64,000 bases of DNA from positions 2,200,203-2,264,202 of the forward strand of contig JBJBEO010000001.1 in the NCBI GenBank assembly GCA_047284725.1, written 5' to 3'. Positions 1 to 11,121 of the stretch are shown one piece after another; the first letter of the stretch is position 1, and the number at the start of each line of letters is the position of its first letter. Position numbers and translations under genes: made by a program. This DNA is from Synechococcus sp. Its GTDB lineage: Bacteria > Cyanobacteriota > Cyanobacteriia > PCC-6307 > Cyanobiaceae. The notes beneath the pieces are model-generated. The model did no database searches, was not told where the DNA came from, and worked only from the letters and a program-made list of their open reading frames with translations.

Positions 1-1
1 G

Positions 2-295
2 CACCTGCTCAACGATGGACTGTGTCTCTGGGATGGGGGCACAGCGATCCCCAATGAAGAGCGTGAACGCATCTTTGAACGAGGGGTCAGGGGCAGCAGC
101 AGCCGAGAACGCAGCGGCAGTGGCCTGGGCCTCGCTCTCGCCCGGCAGCTGGCAGAAGAACGCGGGGGGAGCCTTGACCTGGCCGCAAGCCCAGCAGCCG
201 TGAGCCCTGATCTACCGGGAGAAGGCAATGCCTTCATCCTCAGACTGCCACCGAAGCCAGTGGAGGCAGCAGCGCCGCAAGCAACACAAGAATGA
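2..295 (+). CDS. Sensor histidine kinase, C-terminal HATPase_c domain (5'-truncated by the window)
   Basis: Frame 2 reads ...LWDGGTAIPNEERERIFERGVRG...GSGLGLALARQLAEERGGSL..., i.e. the G1, F and G2 boxes of an HATPase_c domain. Stop TGA at 293-295. Confidence 0.85.
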   Translation, partial: HLLNDGLCLWDGGTAIPNEERERIFERGVRGSSSRERSGSGLGLALARQLAEERGGSLDLAASPAAVSPDLPGEGNAFILRLPPKPVEAAAPQATQE

Positions 296-1070
296 GCGCC
301 TCGCTCCACACCACCACGGCGCCATAGCTGTCACCCGTATGGCCCCCAAGTCGACGACCGAAGTATTCAGCCGTTCCAGCGCTGATGATCAATCCGGTGG
401 TGGTGATGACAACCCAGGGCAACAGGCGCTGGCAGACAACGGCAACCACGAGCGCAGCAAGCACAAGCAACAGTGCTGGGAACCACTCCCGCAGCCCTTT
501 GGCACCAGAACGATGAAACGCCGCTGTGCCATCCACTTTGAGGTAGGGAAAGCGGAGCAAAGCCCACAAGGGTGCGCACCGACCCCAGAACGCTGCCGAA
601 ACCAATGCAATAGGAACAAGGGCCACATCCTGCGCAGCCAGACACCAGAGAGCTGCAAATTGCAGCATTAAGACCGTGGCAAGGGCCTGAACACCACTGG
701 CGCCCACCCGACTGTCTTCCATCGCCTCCAAGCAACGCGCCGGACCAGCCGCCAGGCCATCTGCAGTGTCCATCACACCATCAATGTGCAGACCTCCGGT
801 GATCCACACGCCAACAGTGAGCAGCAGCAAAACAACCGCAGAGGGAGGCCAGCCAAGCGGCAGCAACACCAGCCACAGACACACCTGCACCATCGCGATG
901 GCGACCCCAATCCAAGGAGCAAAACGAGCGATTCTCTGGAAACGCGGCCGTAGTCCGGGCCAGGCAGGCAACACGGAATAGAACACCCAGGCGCCCGCGA
1001 GATCGCGAAGCCAAGCAGTAACGACGGCCATCACAGAGGCAGCAGACTCCAAGGCACGTGTCCTGTTCAC
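240..1070 (-). CDS. cobS: Adenosylcobinamide-GDP ribazoletransferase (cobalamin synthase)
   Basis: Motifs [25 protein letters not shown] and [10 protein letters not shown]; hydrophobic membrane protein. The true start may be a few codons downstream. Confidence 0.93.
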   Translation of the reverse strand: MNRTRALESAASVMAVVTAWLRDLAGAWVFYSVLPAWPGLRPRFQRIARFAPWIGVAIAMVQVCLWLVLLPLGWPPSAVVLLLLTVGVWITGGLHIDGVMDTADGLAAGPARCLEAMEDSRVGASGVQALATVLMLQFAALWCLAAQDVALVPIALVSAAFWGRCAPLWALLRFPYLKVDGTAAFHRSGAKGLREWFPALLLVLAALVVAVVCQRLLPWVVITTTGLIISAGTAEYFGRRLGGHTGDSYGAVVVWSEALILVLLAALLPPLASVAV

Positions 1071-1083
1071 CGTAGGGTCAAGG

Positions 1084-2220
1084 ATGGCCCTGGTTTCGAC
1101 CGTGTTCCGTTTTCAGATCGACTCCCAGTGCCGCAACACCAAGGCACGCTGCGGCTGTTTTCACACCCCCCATGGCCCGGTCAACACGCCGCGGTTCATG
1201 CCGGTGGGCACCCTCGGCACCGTGAAAGGGGTGAGCACCGGGCAACTGGCGGACACGGGAGCACAGATGGTGCTCTCCAACACCTATCACCTGCATCTGC
1301 AACCTGGTGAACAGGTGGTGGCCGATGCCGGTGGACTACACCGCTTTATGGGGTGGAACGGCCCGATGCTCACTGACTCCGGTGGGTTTCAGGTGTTCAG
1401 TCTTGCGGATCTCAACCGCATCGATGACCACGGGGTGGATTTCCGCAATCCCCGCGATGGCAGTCGCATCCTGCTGACACCGGAACGGTCGATGGAGATC
1501 CAGATGGCCCTTGGTGCCGATGTGGCCATGGCCTTCGACCAGTGCCCTCCCTACCCAGCCACTGAAAACGACGTTGAAGAGGCCTGCAGACGAACCCATG
1601 CCTGGCTGGGGCGCTGCGCAACAGCCCATCGCAAAGCCGACCAGGCCTTGTTCGGCATTGTGCAGGGAGGCTGTTATCCCCATCTGCGTGAGCACAGCGC
1701 ACGGACCATCGCTGCATTCGATCTACCCGGCATCGCCATCGGCGGCGTGAGCGTGGGGGAGCCTGTGGAGGAGATGCACCGGATCGTGCGACAGGTGACC
1801 CCACTGCTGCCCAGTGACAGGCCTCGTTACCTGATGGGCATCGGCACCTTGCGGGAGATGGCTGTTGCTGTCGCCAACGGCATCGATCTCTTCGACTGTG
1901 TGCTGCCGACACGGCTCGGGCGGCATGGAACCGCCTTGGTGGATGGTGAACGCTGGAATCTGCGCAATGCGCGCTTCCGCCACGACCACACCCCGCTCGA
2001 CTCCAGCTGCCACTGCGTGGCCTGCAAAGGCCATACCCGCGCCTATCTCCACCACCTCATCCGCAGCGAAGAGCTTCTGGGCCTCACCCTGCTCAGCCTG
2101 CACAACCTCACCCACCTGATCCGGTTCACAACAGCCATGGGCAAGGCAATCCAAGACGGCTGTTTTTCAGAGGATTTCGCTCCCTGGGATCCGCAGTCGC
2201 CGGCGCATCACACGTGGTAG
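1084..2220 (+). CDS. tgt: Queuine tRNA-ribosyltransferase
   Basis: Motifs [34 protein letters not shown] and a CxCxxC...H zinc site. Confidence 0.97.
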   Translation: MALVSTVFRFQIDSQCRNTKARCGCFHTPHGPVNTPRFMPVGTLGTVKGVSTGQLADTGAQMVLSNTYHLHLQPGEQVVADAGGLHRFMGWNGPMLTDSGGFQVFSLADLNRIDDHGVDFRNPRDGSRILLTPERSMEIQMALGADVAMAFDQCPPYPATENDVEEACRRTHAWLGRCATAHRKADQALFGIVQGGCYPHLREHSARTIAAFDLPGIAIGGVSVGEPVEEMHRIVRQVTPLLPSDRPRYLMGIGTLREMAVAVANGIDLFDCVLPTRLGRHGTALVDGERWNLRNARFRHDHTPLDSSCHCVACKGHTRAYLHHLIRSEELLGLTLLSLHNLTHLIRFTTAMGKAIQDGCFSEDFAPWDPQSPAHHTW

Positions 2221-2252
2221 CGTCCGCACAACGAACCCTCAACATCGCCGGG

Positions 2253-2396
2253 ATGGCCGCCACCACACTCGATCTGCTGGCCCAACTGCCCGAGGCCTAT
2301 CAAGCCTTCGGTCCTCTGGTTGACATCCTGCCGATCATTCCTGTTCTGTTCCTCCTGCTCGCTTTCGTGTGGCAAGCCTCTGTCGGCTTTCGTTGA
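2253..2396 (+). CDS. psbK: Photosystem II reaction center protein K
   Basis: [22 protein letters not shown]...[10 protein letters not shown] is the PsbK signature. ATG at 2253. Confidence 0.97.
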   Translation: MAATTLDLLAQLPEAYQAFGPLVDILPIIPVLFLLLAFVWQASVGFR

Positions 2397-2536
2397 GCCG
2401 CAGTTCCTCTCTCCATTCCGGATTCCTGAACAGCTGTGATCAATCAGCCACAGCATTGGGTCACAGTGTTGTGGTCCAGTTGATCGCTGATCCCAGTTAG
2501 TTCTAGGAGTAATTTTGTTTCCATTGTTTTGATGGT

Positions 2537-3271
2537 TTAGCCCCTGCGCAACACTGCCCAGGCAAACGCTGGCAGGGAAAGCATGCGGCGCCAACGGCTG
2601 GGCTCCTTCACAAGCCGATAGAGCCATTCCACATGGAATCGACTCATGCATTGCGGTGCGCGTTGCTTCACACCAGCCCACACATCAAAGCTGCCACCAA
2701 CACCCATCCAAAGTCCACGTTGCCCCTGACGCACCCTCAGCGCCCAAGTTTCCTGACGAGGAACGCCAAGAGCCAGCAACACCAGATCTGGGGCTTCCGA
2801 CTTGAGCTTCGCTTCCAACGCAGGCCAGGCCTCAGGGGCCTGGTAGCCATGGGCTGAAAGCACTAAGCGAAGGTCAGGCATCTCGGTGGCCAGCCGTTGT
2901 TGCAGCCGTTCCATCACCTCGGGAGCAGCACCAATCAGCGCCACGGTCCAGCCATGGTGTTCCGCGTAGCGCAGCAGGCCATGGGCCAGCTCGATGCCGG
3001 GGCTTCGGCGCACACGCACTCCCTGACGCGACAACGCCCAGACCACACCGGCGCCATCGGGGATCACCAGCTCAGCGGCAGCGATCGCCTCACCGAGTGA
3101 GGCTTCAGCCCTGGCCGTCATCGTCATCTCGGCATTGAGCGTGACGATCTGCCCACCACCGCGCGCATGGAGGCCAATGGCTGCTGCCATCACGTCACGG
3201 CAGGCATCCACCCCAACCCCAAGCACATGACAACGCTGTTGATCACACGGATCGGTCATAACCGCGTCCAT
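2537..3271 (-). CDS. WecB/TagA/CpsF family glycosyltransferase
   Basis: Motifs IVTLNAE, PDGAGVVWA, ALGVPRQE, GVGGSFDV and EWLYRL..EP.RWRR. Confidence 0.92.
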   Translation of the reverse strand: MDAVMTDPCDQQRCHVLGVGVDACRDVMAAAIGLHARGGGQIVTLNAEMTMTARAEASLGEAIAAAELVIPDGAGVVWALSRQGVRVRRSPGIELAHGLLRYAEHHGWTVALIGAAPEVMERLQQRLATEMPDLRLVLSAHGYQAPEAWPALEAKLKSEAPDLVLLALGVPRQETWALRVRQGQRGLWMGVGGSFDVWAGVKQRAPQCMSRFHVEWLYRLVKEPSRWRRMLSLPAFAWAVLRRG

Positions 3272-3320
3272 CCGCGTTCAGGCAACAGGGGAGAATTTAG
3301 ATCCGGTCGGCCTGGAGGTC

Positions 3321-6300
3321 ATGGTTCTGTCGCAGCCCATCGCCGCCGATCTCGATCAGCGACACGAACGCGAAGCCTTGCTGCAACGCCTCGATGCATC
3401 GATCGAGCGCGTGGTTCTGAGCCGGCAGCATCCCATTACCGGCCTCTTACCAGCGAGCACAGCGCACACGGTGCATGGCAACTACGGCGATGCCTGGGTG
3501 CGGGACTGCGTCTATTCCATCCAGTGCGTGTGGGGTCTGGCCATGGCCCATCGCCGTCTGGAGGGACACACCACGGCAAGGGCATGGGAGCTCGAGCAAC
3601 GGGTCCTGGCGCTGATGCGGGGGCTGCTCAACGCCATGATGCGCCAGGCCCACAAAGTGGAGCGATTCAAGACCACCCTTCACCCCCTTGATGCCCTCCA
3701 CGCCAAATACGACACGGGCACCGGGAACACAGTGGTGCCTGACAACGGCTGGGGGCATCTACAACTTGATGCCACCTCCCTGTTTCTTCTCCAGCTCGCG
3801 CAGCTCACCCGAGGTGGCATCACGGTGGTACGCAGTCGCCATGAAGCGGACTTCGTTCAGAACCTCGTCTATTACATCGCCAGGGCCTATCGCATCCCCG
3901 ATTACGGCATCTGGGAACGCGGCGACAAAGGAAACCACGGCCTGCCCGAAAGGAATGCCAGCTCCATCGGCATGGCCAAGGCTGCACTGGAGGCACTCGA
4001 CGGCCTCGACCTCTTCGGCAGCCATGGTGATGGCAGTCTCCTGGTGCAGATCCCCCAGGGATCATTGGTTCGCCTCCGCCGGGCCCTGCAGGGACTGCTG
4101 CCGCGGGAATCTGCGAGCAAGGAAGCCGACAGCGCTTGTCTTTCAGTGGTGGGGTACCCCGCCTGGGCCATCGAAGACCCCCAGCTGGTAGAGCGCACCT
4201 GCGAGCGAATCCGCCGCGATCTTGGCGGCCGCTACGGCTACAAGCGCTTTCTCCGCGATGGTCACCAGACCGTGGTGGAAGACGTCAGCCGGCTGCATTA
4301 CGAACGGGACGAGCTGGCCAGCTTTGAAAGAATCGAATCGGAATGGCCCCTCTTTCTTGCCTACGAACTGGTCACAGCCTGTTGCGAAGAACGGTGGGAG
4401 GAGGCCCGCCAATGGCAAGAGCGGCTTCAATCCCTGGCCGTGACTGACCACGGTGAGCGTCTGTACCCAGAGCTCTACGTGGTGCCAGAAGCAGCTCTTG
4501 AGGCGGAACGCACCCTGCCCGGCAGCCAGAAACGCGAAGCCAACGACAACATTCCTCTGCTCTGGACCCAGAGCCTGGCCTGGCTGGGCGAGATGCTTCT
4601 GGCGGGCCTCCTCCTACCTGAAGATCTCGATCCCTGCAGCCGTCGCCTTCCTGCAGGGCTGGGCGCTGATCAAGTGCTGGTCGCCATCGTGCCCAGCAAT
4701 CCATCCCACGCCCAGGTCCTCAGAGAGCGCGGTGTGCCCGTCACGGAAGCAGCAACCGGACCCGTGAAGGTGCATCCATCCCACGCCCTCAAACAACGGC
4801 TGCGGCCCATCGGAGCCAATGCCGGGCTCGGCCTCAGCGGCCATCCCCCGGTGCGAACGGAATCAGCAGTGACGGCACGCTTCTACCGCCAAGGGGAGAT
4901 GCAGCTGGCCTTCCCTCCATCGGTGCTGGAAGACGACACGTTTTATCTGACCGATGACCCCAGCCAACTGGTGGAAACGGTGCTCAACGAACTGCACCTG
5001 CTTCAACGACACTGGCGCGGGGCCGGTGCCCCCCTGCTGCTGATCCCCATTCCCGAAACCGTGTTTGCTCGTGCACCGGAGACAGTGCTGGCCCTTGCGG
5101 AGCAACTGTGCAGCGGCGTCATTGATGACGTCGCCGTGCAGTGCGGCCGCCTGGAAGACCTGGCGATCCAAGGGCAGTGGGTGGACCTGCCGGCAGCGTC
5201 GATGGACAGCATGGCCACGAACGGTGAGGAAGACACCAGCACCAACCTTGCCAACCTGCTGCAAGAGTCCACCGACCTTGGTGATCTCACTGCCGCCCAG
5301 GAGCAGGAGCTGGATGACATCTCTCCAGAGGAGCTGTGCGAACGCCTCTGGAGCAGTGCCTCGCTGCGGGAACAGGCCGAAGTGCTGGAACTGCTGCAAC
5401 GGCGTCTGGGCAGTTCGGCGCTGCTCACCGGCCCCGACAACACTGAAGTGGAGTTACGCACGCTGGTGGGGGAGATCTACCGACGTGGTCTGCAGCAGCA
5501 GGACTGGAACGTGGTGCGGCGGTGCGCAGGCGTCCTCGCGATGGTGCACCCGCAACTGGAAGATGCTCTGATCGACTTGCTTGCCCGCCAGAAAAGCGTG
5601 GTGGTGGGGCGCAACTACAGCGCCGACTCGATCCTGAACCGTCCGTTGGGAAGCGGAACCATTGCAGCACTGATGCGCCGCACCTGCGGTGTCGATGCCC
5701 GCGAAAGCAGCCTGCAACAGGAACTGCTCCTTGCCCTTGATGGCCTCGCCAGGCGTCAACCAAAGTTGCTGCGCGGCACCCTCACCCTGCAGCTGGGACA
5801 GTTGCTGCTGCTGCTCACGTCCGAGCTCGCGACTGAACGCTGCTGCAGCCAAGACGAAGGCTTTGAGGCTCTCTGCAGCGAACCTCCCCATGCCATCGGC
5901 CTACGGCTACGGGGGGTACTCGCCGACCTGGAGCATGCTCGCGCCTCCCTGCAACGCAATGAACAGCTGCATCTGCGAGGCACGGTGCAATGGGCCATCC
6001 CAGAACCTCTGGAGCAGCAACCCAGTGGTGGCGACTGGCTGCAGCACCGGATCAGGCTGGGATCACTGCAACGGGTCCCGAAAGACTTTCACGCGGGCAT
6101 CTGGTCACTGCTCCACCATTGCCGCGGCCTGGTGATTGGGGACAAACTCGAACGGCGTAATCGACTCACCAGCGCATTACTGCTGGAGAAGACCTCTGGC
6201 GAGCGCAATTTCGCCATTCAGGTGGAACACCTGCTTGGACGCATCGAGGCCCCGGAGTACCGCCAACTCTGCAGCGAGTGCCTGCTTTCGCTGATGGCTT

Positions 6301-6533
6301 TCACCGCCGCCAACCCGGAGGTGCACTTCGATGACGACCTCGCCCTGGATGTGGTGATCGGCCACGCTGTGCGAGTGGGTTGGCGCCTGACCCACCCCGA
6401 CCAGGACGCGAGCGATTACCCCGAACACAAAGCCAAGGCCTGGGATCAGTTCTATCGGTCATCCCCGGGGCAATGCCGCCGCTGGCAGATTGCAGCCTTA
6501 CGGGAACTGGCAAAGCAGGAAGGGCTGGTGTGA
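3321..6533 (+). CDS. Glycoside hydrolase family 15 / phosphorylase kinase alpha-beta-like protein
   Basis: N-terminal TGLLPAS, AWVRDCVYS, WGHLQLDA, PDYGIWERGDK, YGYKRFLRDG, ESEWP and LWTQSL motifs; C-terminal ERNFA..VE..L..I..PEYRQ resembles PhK alpha/beta subunits. Confidence 0.85.
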   Translation: MVLSQPIAADLDQRHEREALLQRLDASIERVVLSRQHPITGLLPASTAHTVHGNYGDAWVRDCVYSIQCVWGLAMAHRRLEGHTTARAWELEQRVLALMRGLLNAMMRQAHKVERFKTTLHPLDALHAKYDTGTGNTVVPDNGWGHLQLDATSLFLLQLAQLTRGGITVVRSRHEADFVQNLVYYIARAYRIPDYGIWERGDKGNHGLPERNASSIGMAKAALEALDGLDLFGSHGDGSLLVQIPQGSLVRLRRALQGLLPRESASKEADSACLSVVGYPAWAIEDPQLVERTCERIRRDLGGRYGYKRFLRDGHQTVVEDVSRLHYERDELASFERIESEWPLFLAYELVTACCEERWEEARQWQERLQSLAVTDHGERLYPELYVVPEAALEAERTLPGSQKREANDNIPLLWTQSLAWLGEMLLAGLLLPEDLDPCSRRLPAGLGADQVLVAIVPSNPSHAQVLRERGVPVTEAATGPVKVHPSHALKQRLRPIGANAGLGLSGHPPVRTESAVTARFYRQGEMQLAFPPSVLEDDTFYLTDDPSQLVETVLNELHLLQRHWRGAGAPLLLIPIPETVFARAPETVLALAEQLCSGVIDDVAVQCGRLEDLAIQGQWVDLPAASMDSMATNGEEDTSTNLANLLQESTDLGDLTAAQEQELDDISPEELCERLWSSASLREQAEVLELLQRRLGSSALLTGPDNTEVELRTLVGEIYRRGLQQQDWNVVRRCAGVLAMVHPQLEDALIDLLARQKSVVVGRNYSADSILNRPLGSGTIAALMRRTCGVDARESSLQQELLLALDGLARRQPKLLRGTLTLQLGQLLLLLTSELATERCCSQDEGFEALCSEPPHAIGLRLRGVLADLEHARASLQRNEQLHLRGTVQWAIPEPLEQQPSGGDWLQHRIRLGSLQRVPKDFHAGIWSLLHHCRGLVIGDKLERRNRLTSALLLEKTSGERNFAIQVEHLLGRIEAPEYRQLCSECLLSLMAFTAANPEVHFDDDLALDVVIGHAVRVGWRLTHPDQDASDYPEHKAKAWDQFYRSSPGQCRRWQIAALRELAKQEGLV

Positions 6534-6547
6534 TGCAGGACGCTTGA

Positions 6548-7552
6548 TCAGATCGGTTCCGTCAGAGGCAAACAGATTCCTGGATGCTCGACCGCATGTT
6601 CGATCAGATCAGCCAGCTTGAGGGCTCGTGAAGCCTGGAGACCATCCACTGCAGGAATTTCACGGCCTCGAACACACTGCAAGAAATGTTCGAGCTCGGC
6701 ATAGAGCGGCTCGATCGACGTGGTGCTCACCTCCTCAATGAACCCGTCATTGCGATAGAGCAACTCACCGTGGTCAGCGGAGTACCACTCATGGGCCCGG
6801 CGATGAATATGCAGGTTGTGATTGAGGAAGTCCGTCTCGACAAGACTGGAACGGCAATGGGCGCTGAGGCTGCGGATCTTACGGTGGCTCATCTTGCTGG
6901 CCGTGAGACTGGCCACTACCCCATTGGCGAAACCGAGGGTGGCATTGACGTAATCGATCGGCCCATCGGCACTGCAGCCACCGGCGGCAGCGAGGCTGAC
7001 AACCGGCGCCTGGGCAAGTTCGAGTACAAGATCGAGGTCGTGAATCATCAGATCGAGCACCACCGAAACGTCGTTCGCCCGATCGGCATGGGGGCTATGG
7101 CGGCGAGCCTCCAACACCACAACCTCCTCATTGGCCACCACCTTGATGAGCTCACGGAAGGCGGGATTGAAGCGTTCAATGTGGCCAACCTGCAGCAGCC
7201 GACCATTCCGGCTGGCGGCTGCAATCAACGCTGAAGCCTCCTCCTGGCTGGCCGCGATCGGCTTTTCAATCAAGACATGAAGGCCCGCCTCGAGACACGC
7301 CAGACCGACCGCATGGTGCAACAGCGTCGGCACGGCGATACAGACCGCCTCCACCTCAGGGAGCATGTCGCGGTAATCAGCGAACCAACGGCAATCGAAC
7401 TGCTCAGTCGCGAGCTTGCCGCGGTCGGTATCCGGATCCGCCACACCCACGAGCTCTGCGTCTTTCAGAAGGCTCAGCACCCGGGCGTGATGCCACCCCA
7501 TGTTGCCGATGCCGATCACACCCACCTTCACCGGCACCATCGGTTCGGTCAT
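6548..7552 (-). CDS. Gfo/Idh/MocA family oxidoreductase
   Basis: Rossmann motif VGVIGIGNMG, plus HVLIEKP, VGHIERFNP and DLMIHDLD. Confidence 0.92.
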   Translation of the reverse strand: MTEPMVPVKVGVIGIGNMGWHHARVLSLLKDAELVGVADPDTDRGKLATEQFDCRWFADYRDMLPEVEAVCIAVPTLLHHAVGLACLEAGLHVLIEKPIAASQEEASALIAAASRNGRLLQVGHIERFNPAFRELIKVVANEEVVVLEARRHSPHADRANDVSVVLDLMIHDLDLVLELAQAPVVSLAAAGGCSADGPIDYVNATLGFANGVVASLTASKMSHRKIRSLSAHCRSSLVETDFLNHNLHIHRRAHEWYSADHGELLYRNDGFIEEVSTTSIEPLYAELEHFLQCVRGREIPAVDGLQASRALKLADLIEHAVEHPGICLPLTEPI

Positions 7553-7610
7553 CGGAAGGCGTGCGGGATCGGGCCTGATTATCAGTGATCGCCCTCCAGG
7601 TCAGCGTCAA

Positions 7611-8924
7611 CTAAGCGTCAGACGTCTCAGGATTGTGATCCTCATCGCCAGGAGCCAGCCCATCCGGACGCACCAGCAGCACCCTGCCGATCCGCGGACC
7701 ATCCATCACCATGATCTCGAACTGAAGGCCGTTCTGGCGCAGCGCTTCCCCCTCGGATGGGATGTGCTGCAAACGCTCCAGCAGGAAGCCCGCCAGGGTG
7801 TGGTGATCCGTGGCCTCGGGCAAGTCGAGACCAAGCTGGCGATTGAGCTCAAAGATTTCCAGGTCACCTGCCACCAGCCAGCTGCCGGGAGTCCCCTCCA
7901 ACGGCTGCAGATCGGGAATCGCGGAGTCTTGTTCAGGCTCCTCCCCGACGATTTCACTGGTGAGATCGGCAGCTGTGACCAAACCCTCCGTGCCACCGTG
8001 CTCATCCACCACCAGCAGGAGCGGATGACCGTTGCGGATCAAGGCCAGCAGCTCGGCCAGGGTGCTGGTCTCCAGAACCCGCTCAGCAGGCAGCAGGTAG
8101 GGCTCAAGAGGAGAGTTTTCCTCAAGACGGCCTGCAGCAATGGGCTCAGCAAGGGAGCGGAGATCGAGCACCCCACGCACATCGTCAAGGGACTGACCAA
8201 TCACAGGGAAGCGGGCGTGACGGGTTCGATGCACCGTTTCCATGAGCTCAGCGAATTTGACCTCGACCGGCAGGGTCACCATTCCAGAGCGAGGCACCAT
8301 CACCTCCCTCACCTGGGTATCACGCAGGGCAAAGACCCCCTCGAGAATGTTGCGTTCATCGGGCCGCAGCCCTGTCACACCACCCGATTCGATCAAGGTT
8401 TCCAACTCGCCAGCCGTGAGAGGTGAGCCAAGGGAATCCCAACGCGCGGGCAGACCCAGCAGCTTGAGCAGCAACGATGCCGCCGCCTCCAGCAACGACA
8501 GAAGAGGACGCAACACCCGCATCGCCGACTCCAGCACCGGTGCCAACGTCAGAGCGGCGCGCTCAGGGCTGCTGAGGACCCAGGCCCGAGGCAGCATCCC
8601 TGCCAACAGCGTGGCGAGCAAGGCAAGCAGCAGGAACCAACCGAGCGTCCACCACCGGGTTGCTCCCATCGGCTGCGTCCACCAGTCGCGGGCAAAGCCA
8701 CTGCCGGCCCACCCGAGTGCCACAAGCGACAGGGTGGACCCCAGCTGACACATCAGCAGGGCTCGACGCATACGCCGCTGCAATCGATGCACCGCATCCG
8801 CCCCGGTGACCGCCTGCTCATCCAGAACCCGCACACGACTGGTCCTCAGGCGGAGCAACGACACCTCAACGGCCGCGAAGAATGCCGGCAGTGCCAACAG
8901 AACCAGCAGCAGCAGGATGCGCAT
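7611..8924 (-). CDS. Hemolysin-family / CNNM (DUF21)-CBS-CorC membrane protein
   Basis: N-terminal AFFAAVEVSL transmembrane domain, VREVMVPR, ARFPV, VVDEHGGTEGLVT..D and C-terminal HTLAGFLLERL. Confidence 0.9.
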   Translation of the reverse strand: MRILLLLVLLALPAFFAAVEVSLLRLRTSRVRVLDEQAVTGADAVHRLQRRMRRALLMCQLGSTLSLVALGWAGSGFARDWWTQPMGATRWWTLGWFLLLALLATLLAGMLPRAWVLSSPERAALTLAPVLESAMRVLRPLLSLLEAAASLLLKLLGLPARWDSLGSPLTAGELETLIESGGVTGLRPDERNILEGVFALRDTQVREVMVPRSGMVTLPVEVKFAELMETVHRTRHARFPVIGQSLDDVRGVLDLRSLAEPIAAGRLEENSPLEPYLLPAERVLETSTLAELLALIRNGHPLLLVVDEHGGTEGLVTAADLTSEIVGEEPEQDSAIPDLQPLEGTPGSWLVAGDLEIFELNRQLGLDLPEATDHHTLAGFLLERLQHIPSEGEALRQNGLQFEIMVMDGPRIGRVLLVRPDGLAPGDEDHNPETSDA

Positions 8925-8937
8925 CAGCGGGGGTGAA

Positions 8938-9010
8938 TGGGGGTCGCGAGGATCGAACTCGCCTTAGGCGAATTATGAGTTCGCTGCATTCACCAGATTG
9001 CTAGACCCCC
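8938..9010 (-). tRNA. tRNA with CAU anticodon, probably tRNA-Ile2 (lysidine-modified); tRNA-Met not excluded
   Basis: Minus strand reads GGGGGTC-TAGCAATCTGGTGAATGC-A-GCGAA-CTCATAA-TTCGC-CTAAG-GCGAG-TTCGATC-CTCGC-GACCCCC-A, a full 73-nt cloverleaf. CCA is not encoded. It lacks initiator features (three G-C anticodon-stem pairs, C1 mismatch). Confidence 0.93.
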
Positions 9011-9023
9011 TCCGCAACAGGAT

Positions 9024-9554
9024 TTACCACAAGCCACGCACAGGAGTGCCAAACGTTTCCATCAATGGCACATCCTCCACCACCTCCTCAACCACAACCG
9101 GTTCACTGGCCAGGCTGCTGTCAAAACCGCTGGAGATATCCACCGTGCGCCACGGGGTTGGCTTGCTCTGCTCTTCGATCAAGGCATTGGTGGTGTTCTC
9201 GAGGGCGGAGCCATCCCAGATGATCGTCTGATCGGGGAAGCCAAAGCCCATGAACCGATTTCCTTCAGGCCCTGCCACCGCGATGCCCAACAGATCAGTC
9301 ACCTGGTGGACCACATCAACTCCCCGTTCAAACGGTGCCGTCCAGGTGAAGAAACGCCGCTCCACCATTGCGTCCGTTCGTTCCACCGGACCGCAACGGG
9401 TGACCTCCATGGGCGCAGCAGGAGCAACGGCGGAGGAAGTCACAGGAGCTTCAAGGCTTGTGGTGCAGACCACTGGCCTGGCTGCCGTTTGAGATGGAAC
9501 CACCGCAGCACCCAGCAGCGACACCATGACAGCGACAGAACAACGAGACGACAC
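9024..9554 (-). CDS. Conserved hypothetical exported protein
   Basis: Signal-peptide-like N-terminus, two Cys ([10 protein letters not shown]...TRCG) and [13 protein letters not shown]; fills the gap between the tRNA and pyrE. Confidence 0.7.
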   Translation of the reverse strand: MSSRCSVAVMVSLLGAAVVPSQTAARPVVCTTSLEAPVTSSAVAPAAPMEVTRCGPVERTDAMVERRFFTWTAPFERGVDVVHQVTDLLGIAVAGPEGNRFMGFGFPDQTIIWDGSALENTTNALIEEQSKPTPWRTVDISSGFDSSLASEPVVVEEVVEDVPLMETFGTPVRGLW

Positions 9555-9614
9555 AATCCCAAACCCAACTCAGCGCAAACTAGGCAGAAGATCCGCGTTG
9601 CACCAGTCCCCCTT

Positions 9615-10172
9615 ATGAGCCGCGACACCCTCCTCAATCGCCTGGCGACTGAGTGCTATCGCCATGGCACCTTCACCCTCGCCTCAGGTCGCAGCAGCGA
9701 CCACTACGTCAATTGCAAACCGGTGGCACTGAGCGGCAGTGGCCTGGCCCTGCTGAGCCCGGCCATGCTGGCTCTGGTGGAAGCCGATGCCATCGCCGTG
9801 GGCGGTCTCACCCTGGGGGCTGATCCTCTGGTGAGCGGTGTCGCCATGGCCGCCGCCCAGGCTGGACGGGATCTCGATGCCCTGATCGTGCGCAAACAGG
9901 CCAAGGGCCACGGCACGGGTGCCTGGCTCGAGGGTCCTCTGCCACCAGCAGGAGCGCGCGTCACCGTTCTCGAAGACGTTGTCACCACTGGCGGGTCATC
10001 GATCAAAGCGGTGAACCAGTTGAAACAGGCCGGCTACACCGTGAAACGGGTTGTCACGATCGTCGACCGCGAAGAGGGCGGCCAGGAAGCGATGGATGCG
10101 GCCGGCCTCGAATTGGTGAGTTTGTTCCGCCTCAGCGAAGTGGCGGCACGGGCCCAGGAGCTTGCGGCGTGA
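9615..10172 (+). CDS. pyrE: Orotate phosphoribosyltransferase
   Basis: Motifs [26 protein letters not shown] and the PRPP-binding [14 protein letters not shown] at 9615 is preferred over the longer ORF-track start. Confidence 0.96.
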   Translation: MSRDTLLNRLATECYRHGTFTLASGRSSDHYVNCKPVALSGSGLALLSPAMLALVEADAIAVGGLTLGADPLVSGVAMAAAQAGRDLDALIVRKQAKGHGTGAWLEGPLPPAGARVTVLEDVVTTGGSSIKAVNQLKQAGYTVKRVVTIVDREEGGQEAMDAAGLELVSLFRLSEVAARAQELAA

Positions 10173-11041
10173 CAACGACAGATCAGGTCGGGCTCTGGGA
10201 TGCCGACTTTCCCTGCCTGCGTCTTCGCGGCAAGGGCACCCGTGAGTTTCTGCACGGGCAAACCACGGCAGACATCAAAAAGTCCAGCGACGGCAGGCTC
10301 ATACGCAGCTGCTGGCTCACGGCCACCGGCCGGGTGAAGGCCCTGCTGGAAGTGCGACTGGAGAACGAAGGTGCCGATGTACTCGTGCTCCAAGGAGATG
10401 CCGAGGCAGTGGCCACGGGCTTCGATCGCGTGGTCTTTCCCGCCGACCACGTGCGTCTGGCACCCCTGACGCAACAACGACGGATTCAGCGGCTAACACC
10501 GGTGCACCAGGTGCTGACTTGGGACAACGATGTGATCTGGGCCGATGCCATCCCAGCGGAATGGACTGGCATCGCCAGAATTGATGATGCCGCCTTCGAA
10601 CACTGGCGCATCAGCCAGGGACTGCCCTTCAGCCGCAATGAGTTGAACGGTGACACCAACCCACTCGAATTGGGCCTGAGCGACTGGATCAGCCTGGAGA
10701 AAGGCTGTTACTTGGGGCAAGAGACCTTGGCCAAGGTGGCGACACGCGATGGCGTCAAACAGCATCTGCGCTGCTGGCAACTGTCGGCTGAATCCAGCGC
10801 TGCCCCACACACCAGCCCCACCCCAGGGCAACGGCTTCTGCACGAAGGCGACCGCGCCGGCGTGATCACCTCAGTTCTCCATGGGAACGGACAACACAGC
10901 GTCCAGCCCACCATCGGTCTTGCCCTGGTGCGCCGTCAGGCTGTTGAGAACAAGGTCCTTCAACTTGAGGATGGTCGCGAGCTCGCCTTGCACAATCCGC
11001 CCTGCTTCAGCACCGTCACAGACGGAGACAGCGGTCAATAA
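10169..11041 (+). CDS. ygfZ: Folate-binding YgfZ/GcvT-like protein
   Basis: FLHGQTT and the KGCYLGQE signature; GTGA overlap with the pyrE stop. Confidence 0.9.
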   Translation: MTTTDQVGLWDADFPCLRLRGKGTREFLHGQTTADIKKSSDGRLIRSCWLTATGRVKALLEVRLENEGADVLVLQGDAEAVATGFDRVVFPADHVRLAPLTQQRRIQRLTPVHQVLTWDNDVIWADAIPAEWTGIARIDDAAFEHWRISQGLPFSRNELNGDTNPLELGLSDWISLEKGCYLGQETLAKVATRDGVKQHLRCWQLSAESSAAPHTSPTPGQRLLHEGDRAGVITSVLHGNGQHSVQPTIGLALVRRQAVENKVLQLEDGRELALHNPPCFSTVTDGDSGQ

Positions 11042-11121
11042 GTTTCCTCAGAAACCTCAAGTCTTGAGGGAGCAAATCAACCAAATACCAACAGACTGAT
11101 TTGGTATCGACCGACACGTTC

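Noticed and set aside
2434..2466. Imperfect hairpin CTGTGATCAAT...ATTGGGTCACAG after psbK
   Set aside because: Most likely an ordinary 3' stem between convergent genes. There is no U-tract or other evidence for a distinct element.
8938..9010. tRNA as a possible island integration site
   Set aside because: The flanking genes are core-like, there is no integrase, and I saw no duplicate of the tRNA 3' end in the window.
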